Part shown: piece after piece, positions 1-6,280 of the stretch | How positions within the stretch are numbered: position 1 is the stretch's first letter | How the letters are laid out: every line of letters starts with the position of its first letter | Assembly: GCA_043827025.1 (NCBI GenBank) | Contig: JBDRPL010000035.1 | Coordinates: 1-20,435 of the forward strand | Length of the DNA: 20,435 bases | From: Candidatus Micrarchaeota archaeon | Lineage (GTDB): Archaea > Micrarchaeota > Micrarchaeia > Anstonellales > Bilamarchaeaceae | Reading direction: 5' to 3' | Position numbers and translations under genes: made by a program | Notes under the pieces: generated by a model | Seen by the model: only the letters and a program-made list of their open reading frames with translations | What the model was told of the DNA's origin: nothing | Database searches by the model: none

Positions 1-128
1 TTCCATTCGTAAATAGATTTCTCGATTTTAATTAGATTGATGCAGGCGGCAAGCTTGTTTTGAATTAGATGTTTAGCTATCTTTTCCGCAACTTCCTTGT
101 CAAGGCAAGTGTTATAGACAATAAGCAT
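1..128 (-). CDS. cutA: Divalent-cation tolerance protein CutA, N-terminal part (runs off window edge)
   Basis: Not in ORF track. Manual translation from ATG at 128: MLIVYNTCLDKEVAEKIAKHLIQNKLAACINLIKIEKSIYEW, matching the CutA1 pattern (IVYxT...A..IA..L...KLAACxN....SxYxW). Confidence 0.88.
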   Translation of the reverse strand, partial: MLIVYNTCLDKEVAEKIAKHLIQNKLAACINLIKIEKSIYEW

Positions 129-135
129 AAAAACC

Positions 136-142
136 AAAAAAA
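136..142 (-). terminator. Oligo-T tract (T7), candidate terminator of micropeptide A
   Basis: Minus strand reads TAA-TCC-TTTTTTT directly after the stop at 146-148. Confidence 0.4.
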
Positions 143-145
143 GGA

Positions 146-232
146 TTAATTGGAAATGCCAGCATCTTCCTCTTCTACATCCCCGTCTTCATAATCATCG
201 TCATCATCGTACTCTTCATCGTCGCCTATCAT
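146..232 (-). CDS. Acidic micropeptide A, 28 aa: MIGDDEEYDDDDDYEDGDVEEEDAGISN
   Basis: ATG at 232, TAA at 146-148, in-frame upstream TAG at 242-244. SD-like AGGTGG at 238-243 (5-nt spacer), TATA-like TTTTAAAC at about 272-279. Paralogous to 318..392. Confidence 0.7.
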   Translation of the reverse strand: MIGDDEEYDDDDDYEDGDVEEEDAGISN

Positions 233-237
233 ATATA

Positions 238-290
238 CCACCTAAAATTGTGCTTAAGAATAATGGAAAACGTTTAAAAACATATTTTTT
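238..290 (-). promoter_or_regulatory. BRE/TATA promoter and SD of micropeptide A
   Basis: Minus strand: AAAAAATATG-TTTTTAAAC ... AGGTGG-TATAT-ATG, with archaeal-like spacing. Confidence 0.5.
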
Positions 291-292
291 GC

Positions 293-330
293 AAAAAACA
301 AAGAATTGACAGGATAGTCATTCACTATCC
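293..330 (-). terminator. 7-bp hairpin over the stop codon followed by a T-rich tract, micropeptide B
   Basis: Perfect inverted repeat ggatagt (312-318) / actatcc (324-330). Minus strand continues TTCTTTGTTTTTT. Confidence 0.4.
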
Positions 331-392
331 AAATCAGTTTCATCTTCATCCTCATCATAATCGCCGTCATAATCGTCGTCATCGCCTATCAT
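318..392 (-). CDS. Acidic micropeptide B, 24 aa: MIGDDDDYDGDYDEDEDETDLDSE
   Basis: ATG at 392, TGA at 318-320, in-frame upstream TAA at 405-407. SD-like GAGGGA at 397-402, TATATATA at 450-457 preceded by purine-rich CAAAAGG. Paralogous to 146..232. Confidence 0.68.
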   Translation of the reverse strand: MIGDDDDYDGDYDEDEDETDLDSE

Positions 393-448
393 GTTATCCC
401 TCTTTTAATGGATACGGGCAAAGCCCACATGGAGTTTAGTGGATATAG

Positions 449-466
449 TTATATATACCTTTTGGT
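449..466 (-). promoter_or_regulatory. BRE/TATA promoter of micropeptide B
   Basis: Minus strand ACCAAAAGG-TATATATAA, just downstream of the ychF stop. Confidence 0.5.
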
Positions 467-472
467 TTCTTC

Positions 473-1660
473 TCAGCGCCCAAACATGAACTCAATAACG
501 TCCCTGTGCTTGAGCACGTGATCTGCACCATGGCTCATTTTTGTTTTTACATCTATGGCTTTGATAAACTTCTTGGCAAAATCGCTGTGAATCGCACCTG
601 CGAAATAAATTGCAGTGCTGTTCGGAGGCAAAAGGAAGCAGTCTGGAAGCGTCCTGCCCTGACTGTCCACAAGATTATTCACTCCGCCAGGAAATACTGC
701 AATATACTTCAAATAATCAAAAACCGCTGAATTAAGGCATCTCTGCACACCAGTGCCATCAAATGTTTTGACAAGATTGAAAAGAAGATCCATTGCCCTC
801 TTCTGCTCAGGGCTAAGGTCCTTCAGCAATTTGAAAACCCCGTCTCCTGGAACATATTCAATAAAACCCGCTTTTGCAGCTGTTTTTAATGTGATTTCAG
901 CTTCTGCAGAGCATGGAACTATCAGATATGTGGGAAACGTCTTTTTGAGGCGTTCGATATTTGCTTTTGAAGTTGAAAGATCGCACTTGTTTGCTGCGAT
1001 TATTATAGGTTTTCCGATCTCACGCATCTTCTTGCAGTAATTAAATTTCTCTTCTTCTGACCAAACCTGCAATTTTTTTTCTTCAAGATTCAATTCCTTG
1101 AGCGTTCTTTTTATTGAATCCAGTTGAATGCCCAATCCGCAGAACTGGCCTGATAATATAATCTCGTTCTTTTCTCCAAGCTCCGAATCCTTTGATAATT
1201 TTTTCCAGTTCTTGTCCAATATCCCCTTTATCCAATAGATCAATTCTTCTTCAAGAAATTTCACATCATTGACAGGGTCATATGAACCAGGGGCAACAGA
1301 TTCGCCTTCTGCATTGGATGAACCTGAAGCATCAACTATGTGGATAAGAAGGTCCGCCTGCCTTAAATCATCAAGGAACTTGTTGCCCAATCCCTTGCCT
1401 TCATGCGCACCTGGGACCAAACCTGCAACATCAAGAACATCAACAGGAACGAATCTTCTGTGATTTATGCAAAACCCTGTTCTTGGATTGCACTGGGCAT
1501 TGAAGTCCTTGTCCACACATTCAACTTCCACGTAAGCAACTCCTCGATTAGGCTCGATAGTAGTGAATGGATAGGCTGCACGTGCAACTGGCACAGAGGT
1601 CAATGCCTGAAAGAATGTTGATTTTCCAGTACTAGGTTTTCCGACTAGGCCTATAAGCAT
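473..1660 (-). CDS. ychF: Archaeal YchF/Ola1-related Obg-family translation-associated GTPase with C-terminal TGS domain
   Basis: G1 GKPSTGKST, G2 YPFTTIEPN, G3 DVAG, GLGNKFLDDLRQAD, G4 NKCD, TGS-type AGAIHSDF...HRDVI. Confidence 0.93.
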   Translation of the reverse strand: MLIGLVGKPSTGKSTFFQALTSVPVARAAYPFTTIEPNRGVAYVEVECVDKDFNAQCNPRTGFCINHRRFVPVDVLDVAGLVPGAHEGKGLGNKFLDDLRQADLLIHIVDASGSSNAEGESVAPGSYDPVNDVKFLEEELIYWIKGILDKNWKKLSKDSELGEKNEIILSGQFCGLGIQLDSIKRTLKELNLEEKKLQVWSEEEKFNYCKKMREIGKPIIIAANKCDLSTSKANIERLKKTFPTYLIVPCSAEAEITLKTAAKAGFIEYVPGDGVFKLLKDLSPEQKRAMDLLFNLVKTFDGTGVQRCLNSAVFDYLKYIAVFPGGVNNLVDSQGRTLPDCFLLPPNSTAIYFAGAIHSDFAKKFIKAIDVKTKMSHGADHVLKHRDVIEFMFGR

Positions 1661-1698
1661 AGAAAACAGATTTGTTAGGATAAGTTAAAAAAAGATAG

Positions 1699-3777
1699 TT
1701 ATTCACAATATGCTTCTGCAACTGCTTTTTTTCTTGTAGCTGGATGCCTTTCAAATCTCATTGCACGATCTATTCGAGCCAATGCACTTTTTGCCGGAGT
1801 CATTCCTTGATCAGCATATGCCACCAATTCAGCCATGGCTTCCCTGACTTGTGATGTGCGTCCGTGCAATGCAACATACTCCAAGGATTTTATTCTTGGA
1901 ATAAGGCTAATTGATTCAAATGCCTGGATTCTGGCCAAAGCAGATTCTGCTCCTTCAAAACCATATGCTACAAAAAGATTCAGAAGATCTTTTGCATTCC
2001 CTAGTGCAACTGCATTACCTTTACCAGTTACACGGCCTGCATCAGCAACGGCCTTGGTTGCCTGTTTGATTGCTTCATCAACACCTGCACAAACGAAACG
2101 CATCAGTGAACCAACATAAATCGCTTCCTTGTTTTCCACAGGTAATTTAGTTTCCAACAAAGCCGAAAGGTGCGGGACCGCATTCGCGATTCCAAATTGT
2201 GTGCATCTCAATATCGCATTCAATCTCAAATTTTCATTCTCGCTTGAAAGGGATTGCACAAGCGCAATACTCAGAAGCGGAGTTATTTCAGTTCTTTGCC
2301 TCAAATCTTCTATTGCCTGCCATCTTATAGAACTATTCCTTCTGAACCAATCCAATAATACGACTTCTGCCAATGCCAAAGGAAGTACCTGGACATATGG
2401 AGCGTACTGCGAAGGGTCTGATGCCAAAACATCAAATGCCTGCTTTGAAGTTTCAGAATATCTCAAACCAACTCCAATTGCCGCAAGCCTTATTGCATCA
2501 TTATCGCTTTGCATGCAAGCAGGTATTTTAGCCACTAGTTGATTTGGGACAATAATGCCAACTTTTAATGCACCTGATGCAAACTGAATTGCAGTATCTG
2601 TTTTTTGTTCTCTTGCTGCCAACGACCTCAAGGCATGGATTGTTCCTAGTTCTCCCCTGTTCATCCAATCAGCAAGAATCGGTTCCGCAATCTGAAGAGG
2701 AAGCAATGAAACAACCATTGGAATACGATCTATTTTATCAAAAGGCATGGAAAGAGCTGGAGTGAAACGAGTTGTTCCTTTTTCTTCCATCAATTTGAAT
2801 AAGCAATCAAGCCCGCCGTCAACACGGGAAAGGGTTGCAACTGCAAATCCTGCTGTTGCATCGTCATCGAATTTTTCAACCAAAAATTCCAATTCATTGT
2901 TGAACGTCCACATCACTCTTGCACATGCAAGGCGCAAGAATTGGAACGAATCATAATGATGGAAATCGTTTTGGCTTATGGAATCCAAAATTTCAGTGAG
3001 TCTGTAGATGCTTTTATCAAATAAAGCACCCTCATCGTCTTTGTAAGTCGTCTGGCTTTTTCTTCCGATAGACTCAATCAATCCAAGAAGAGAAACTGCC
3101 GACTCTTCAACAACAATAGACATACGGGTGAAAATATCAACATGATTCACAAGATTCTTGAAAACATTCGCCCTGTCTTTTTGTGACAACGATGCGTAAA
3201 TGGTTTCGAAGTGTTCCTGAACCTGCTGCGGAAATGCACCTACTACAGCCATCCTTATCAATTCGTTTGCAACACGCCTGTTTGCACTTGATTTGAGAAT
3301 AAGCTGGCCTACCAATGATTGCACATCTGCCTTGTCCTGAGACTTCGCTAAATCTCGGGCTACGCAAATAAATATCTTGTGTTGTTTTCTCTGAGAAAGA
3401 TGGGGATACATTTCAAGAAGTTTGAGGCGCATGTCTGTCTTAAGTTGTTCTATTATCTGTGTTTTCGGTGATGTTTCTGCACCCATGAAAAGATTAGCAA
3501 GCAGTTTAGCAACCCCATAATTGCCTTTTCCACGTTCAGAAATTGATTCAAGAATTTGAGTGATTCTTTCATTATCTTTTGATTTATAGGCACTTTTGAG
3601 GCTAGAACTGAGATTCGAACCCAAAAAACCATATATGAATAAATGCTTTGTTTCCAACAGGACTTCGCCTGCGATTTTTTTAGTGATGCCATAGGTTTCC
3701 TTTGCGAATTGCCTTGCAATGCCGTATTTTTCAACCGTGAAATCTTTTGTTCTTTGCAACGTGAGAGATTTTGCCAT
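1699..3777 (-). CDS. Hypothetical alpha-helical (HEAT/ARM-like solenoid) protein, about 692 aa
   Basis: Long ORF. ATG at 3777 (MAKSL...) preferred over TTG 3792 because AGGTTA lies just upstream. HEAT-like segments MQSDNDAIRLAAI and LSSENENLRLNAI...AVPHLSALL; internal repeat LLPLQIAEPILADW / VLPLALAEVVLLDW. Confidence 0.7.
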   Translation of the reverse strand: MAKSLTLQRTKDFTVEKYGIARQFAKETYGITKKIAGEVLLETKHLFIYGFLGSNLSSSLKSAYKSKDNERITQILESISERGKGNYGVAKLLANLFMGAETSPKTQIIEQLKTDMRLKLLEMYPHLSQRKQHKIFICVARDLAKSQDKADVQSLVGQLILKSSANRRVANELIRMAVVGAFPQQVQEHFETIYASLSQKDRANVFKNLVNHVDIFTRMSIVVEESAVSLLGLIESIGRKSQTTYKDDEGALFDKSIYRLTEILDSISQNDFHHYDSFQFLRLACARVMWTFNNELEFLVEKFDDDATAGFAVATLSRVDGGLDCLFKLMEEKGTTRFTPALSMPFDKIDRIPMVVSLLPLQIAEPILADWMNRGELGTIHALRSLAAREQKTDTAIQFASGALKVGIIVPNQLVAKIPACMQSDNDAIRLAAIGVGLRYSETSKQAFDVLASDPSQYAPYVQVLPLALAEVVLLDWFRRNSSIRWQAIEDLRQRTEITPLLSIALVQSLSSENENLRLNAILRCTQFGIANAVPHLSALLETKLPVENKEAIYVGSLMRFVCAGVDEAIKQATKAVADAGRVTGKGNAVALGNAKDLLNLFVAYGFEGAESALARIQAFESISLIPRIKSLEYVALHGRTSQVREAMAELVAYADQGMTPAKSALARIDRAMRFERHPATRKKAVAEAYCE

Positions 3778-3824
3778 AGTATAACCTAACAAATATCTGT
3801 TTATGTACTAAATTATGTAACATC

Positions 3825-3838
3825 ATGTTTATAAACAT
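3825..3838. promoter_or_regulatory. Palindromic TATA box (ATGTTTATAAACAT), probably shared by the divergent genes
   Basis: Perfect 14-bp palindrome with core TTTATAAA at 3828-3835, ending 23 nt before ATG 3859 (leaderless spacing) and about 50 nt from ATG 3777. Confidence 0.55.
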
Positions 3839-3858
3839 TTTGACACAAAAAAATATTT

Positions 3859-4197
3859 ATGGCCAGACGATTAGAAAGAAGCATACTGTTCAGACTAGAA
3901 AATAGACTGGATGCCCCTCATCATTTTCCAGGACCTACAAAAGAGGAGATAAGAGGAATTATGCAGATAGCAGATAAAGGCTCAATAAAAAGACTGCTCA
4001 AAACTTATTTTGATGTGGATTCACCACAAAGAGAGGTTGCAGCCAAAAAACTCGAAGACATCATAATGAGAGGGAAGATTCCAGACTGCTTCAGAAGAGA
4101 GCTCACCGAATTCGTCTGGGACAGAGGCAAAGAATTGAGTAATCCCGAAAAGGCAAGAAAAAGGGTGGGGCTTGCAGATTTGACCAGTTCTAATTAG
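3859..4197 (+). CDS. Hypothetical protein, 112 aa, basic and helical
   Basis: ATG-started ORF filling the intergenic gap, with a TATA box at canonical distance. No family recognised. Confidence 0.65.
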   Translation: MARRLERSILFRLENRLDAPHHFPGPTKEEIRGIMQIADKGSIKRLLKTYFDVDSPQREVAAKKLEDIIMRGKIPDCFRRELTEFVWDRGKELSNPEKARKRVGLADLTSSN

Positions 4198-4225
4198 AAA
4201 AAACCTGAACAGCATAAAAAAGATT

Positions 4226-4298
4226 TGGGCGTGCGAGGGATCGAACCTCGAATCTTCCGCGTGTAAGGCGGACATATTAACCATTCTACCACGCGCCC
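4226..4298 (-). tRNA. tRNA-Val(UAC), intronless, CCA not encoded
   Basis: Reverse complement folds as a cloverleaf: GGGCGCG TG GTAG AATGGTTA ATAT G TCCGC CT-TAC-AC GCGGA AGATT CGAGG TTCGATC CCTCG CACGCCC A. A T6 tract follows. Confidence 0.95.
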
Positions 4299-4357
4299 GA
4301 ATGAATATGAGGTGTGTGGGCTTTGAACAGACAGTTCAAACAAACCACGCGCCCGAA
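4288..4357. repeat. 14-bp direct repeat of the tRNA 5' end flanking an imperfect hairpin
   Basis: ACCACGCGCCCGAA at 4288-4301 and 4344-4357. Inner inverted repeat TTTGAAC (4322-4328) / GTTCAAA (4334-4340); outer GGTGTGTGG (4311-4319) / CCACGCGCC (4345-4353). Confidence 0.8.
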
Positions 4358-4393
4358 CCGAGTCATCAATAAAAAAAGACTACAGAGGATCAA

Positions 4394-4957
4394 CTAATAC
4401 CTTCGATTATCATGATGCTCTGAAGGCGGCTTTGTAAAGAGAAAATATTTCTCACTTCCTTCCAACTCGCTAAGTATCCTGTGCTGCAAGATGCCCACTG
4501 GATCTGCAAGTGTCGGGATTCTCTTCTTCATATCTTCAAAGCTCTCAAAAGGCTTGTTCTCCCTTTCTGTAAGCACTGCTTCCATATTCTTCTTCCCTAT
4601 TCCAGGAAGAAGGTCAAGAGTATGAACGCGAATTGAAATCGGCCTCGAATGGTTGAAGAAATTGACAAATTCCGCCTCCCGCTCCTCAATAGCCTTTCGT
4701 AATATAACTGCAAGAAATTCTTTTGCTCCGTTTGTAAGGCTAGAAAATTGAATTCTCCCTTTTATCCTATCAATCTCAGAACGCCCTTCCTTTCCGACAT
4801 AAACCTTCTGTCCGAGGACAAGAGGGACATTTGGAGTTACGCTTGCCTCAAGCAAAGTGAAGAACTTGCAACCCAAAAGCTGGACAAGCGACTCCTGCCT
4901 CATCTGTGATGAGTGGCCTGAAGGCAAATACTCAATAACCCATGCGTAGTCTTCCAT
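4394..4957 (-). CDS. DUF655 family predicted nucleic-acid-binding protein (COG1491, OB plus HhH)
   Basis: MEDYAWVIEYLPSG...FFTLLE...RVHTLDLLPGIGKK...KPFESFED. Conserved position after rpl21e-rpoF. Start reassigned to ATG 4957 (AAGTGA upstream). Confidence 0.9.
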   Translation of the reverse strand: MEDYAWVIEYLPSGHSSQMRQESLVQLLGCKFFTLLEASVTPNVPLVLGQKVYVGKEGRSEIDRIKGRIQFSSLTNGAKEFLAVILRKAIEEREAEFVNFFNHSRPISIRVHTLDLLPGIGKKNMEAVLTERENKPFESFEDMKKRIPTLADPVGILQHRILSELEGSEKYFLFTKPPSEHHDNRRY

Positions 4958-4988
4958 TTGAATCACTTGTTGGAAATAATAAGAGATA

Positions 4989-5315
4989 TTATAAATGCAA
5001 TAATTTAAATACATCGTCTACTTCTTCATCAGAAAGAGATATTTTATCCTTTATCAGAATTGCTTTCAAAGTTTCGAGCTTCTTGGGCATTATGTCCGCG
5101 ATCTTGACTGCAGTCTCCTGACTGATCTTTTCGTTGTTCTTGGTTATCAAAGCTACAAGCTTCTCCGCATCCTTTGCAGAACCTTTTTTGAACTTCTCTG
5201 CATGCTCCAGGGACTGCTGCTGCTCATATGCAAGCTCTTCATCTTCCTTCTTCCTTTTGGAAAGCAATTCCTCGACTTCTGCAAGCGAAACGGGATGCGA
5301 TGATGTGACCTTCAT
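4989..5315 (-). CDS. rpoF: DNA-directed RNA polymerase subunit F (Rpo4)
   Basis: PVSLAEVEELL...LAYEQQQSLEHAEKF...AVKIADIMP; synteny with rpl21e; SD AGGTGA overlapping the rpl21e stop. Confidence 0.9.
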   Translation of the reverse strand: MKVTSSHPVSLAEVEELLSKRKKEDEELAYEQQQSLEHAEKFKKGSAKDAEKLVALITKNNEKISQETAVKIADIMPKKLETLKAILIKDKISLSDEEVDDVFKLLHL

Positions 5316-5319
5316 TTTT

Positions 5320-5595
5320 TCACCTGATTTTCAGATGGACTGACCCGCATACAAGAAGCTTCTTCTTGTTGCCATCCATTATCTTCACACAATAGCACGA
5401 ACCCTGCTGCTTGACAATCTCACCGCACCTGTTTGCATACCTAAGATGAGGAAGGCCTCGGTAATCCGGCTTCGGGGAAACGAATACTGTATCCCCTATA
5501 TTGAATTTCCTGGTTCTGTCTACTACAGTCAAAGTCTTCTTTCTCTTTAACTTCTTCGTATTTCCTGAATTGAAACCTTTTGAGTGTTTTACCAT
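5320..5595 (-). CDS. rpl21e: 50S ribosomal protein eL21 (L21e)
   Basis: SKGF..GT.KKL, FNIGDTV, GLPHLRY, GEIVKQQG, DGNKKKLL...VHLK; SD GGTGG. Confidence 0.92.
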   Translation of the reverse strand: MVKHSKGFNSGNTKKLKRKKTLTVVDRTRKFNIGDTVFVSPKPDYRGLPHLRYANRCGEIVKQQGSCYCVKIMDGNKKKLLVCGSVHLKIR

Positions 5596-5643
5596 CTGAT
5601 ACCACCATGATAGCTAAAATATTCTGAATACTAGCATCAATTA

Positions 5644-5703
5644 GTTTAAATACATTAGGTACTAGTCTTTATAAACCATTACATTATATTTATAAATAAG
5701 GTG
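5644..5703. promoter_or_regulatory. Divergent rpl21e/tbp promoter region with three TATA-like boxes and the tbp SD
   Basis: GTTTAAATA 5644-5652, TTTATAAA 5668-5675, TTTATAAA 5689-5696, AAGGTG 5698-5703. Confidence 0.55.
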
Positions 5704-5711
5704 TTTATAGC

Positions 5712-6266
5712 ATGGCAAAAAAATTGGATTTTGTTATAACTAATATGGTAGCTTCAGCGAGCCTTGGTCTCGAGCTAGATTTGTTTACTCTTGCGCAGAA
5801 GATAAAAGAAATAGAATATGAGCCTGAGCAGTTTCCAGGTGCGATATTGAAATTCGTTGATCCTAAAGCATCTCTGCTTCTTTTCAAGAATGGAAAGGTC
5901 GTATGTGTAGGCTGCAAGAAAAGGAGTGAAATAGCAAAAACAATAGAAAAGACCATAAAAATGCTCATGCCCTATGCAAGAAAAATAATCAAAAAGAAAA
6001 AACCAGACATAGTCATCACCAACATAGTCGCATCAGCAGATCTTCACATGGATCTTGACCTTTACAGATTAGCATACAAGCTCCCTCAGATAGAATATGA
6101 GCCTGAGCAGTTTCCAGGTGCGATATTGAAATTCAAGGATCCGAAGGCATCGCTTCTTTTGTTCAAGAACGGAAAGGTCATATGCGCAGGCGCAAAAACA
6201 GAAAAGGAAATCACCACGACCTTGAACAAAGCGAAGAAGATGTTAAAAAGTTTCGCTGGGAAATGA
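5712..6266 (+). CDS. tbp: TATA-box binding protein
   Basis: Two repeats, each with ITNxVAS...LDL...EYEPEQFPG...PKASLLLFKNGKVxCxG. Confidence 0.97.
   Translation: MAKKLDFVITNMVASASLGLELDLFTLAQKIKEIEYEPEQFPGAILKFVDPKASLLLFKNGKVVCVGCKKRSEIAKTIEKTIKMLMPYARKIIKKKKPDIVITNIVASADLHMDLDLYRLAYKLPQIEYEPEQFPGAILKFKDPKASLLLFKNGKVICAGAKTEKEITTTLNKAKKMLKSFAGK
5811..6134 (+). repeat. Exact 45-bp direct repeat inside tbp (5811-5855 and 6090-6134)
   Basis: ATAGAATATGAGCCTGAGCAGTTTCCAGGTGCGATATTGAAATTC occurs twice, identical. Confidence 0.92.
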
Positions 6267-6280
6267 TTCAGGGAATGCTG

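Noticed and set aside
285..298. Palindrome TTTTTTGCAAAAAA
   Set aside because: Explained by a terminator T-tract abutting the A-rich element of the next promoter; homopolymer palindromes are uninformative.
146..392. (TCA/TCG)n-like repeats as a microsatellite or CRISPR-like array
   Set aside because: No constant repeat-spacer structure; the periodicity is explained by Asp/Glu codons on the minus strand.
146..392. Micropeptides as Pup/SAMP-like modifiers or RiPP precursors
   Set aside because: No C-terminal GG or GGE motif, and no ligase or maturation enzyme in the window.
1661..4225. Integrated element at the tRNA-Val 3' end
   Set aside because: No integrase and no duplicated tRNA 3' end found near ychF.
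4021..4284. 87-aa minus-strand ORF
   Set aside because: Overlaps the tRNA gene and is antisense to 3859..4197.
6182..6262. Upstream start for the lipoprotein, and likewise the longer starts for DUF1805 (7171), DUF655 (5014) and the LOG protein (10713)
   Set aside because: They overlap neighbouring conserved genes; downstream starts have SD-like motifs and family-typical N-termini.
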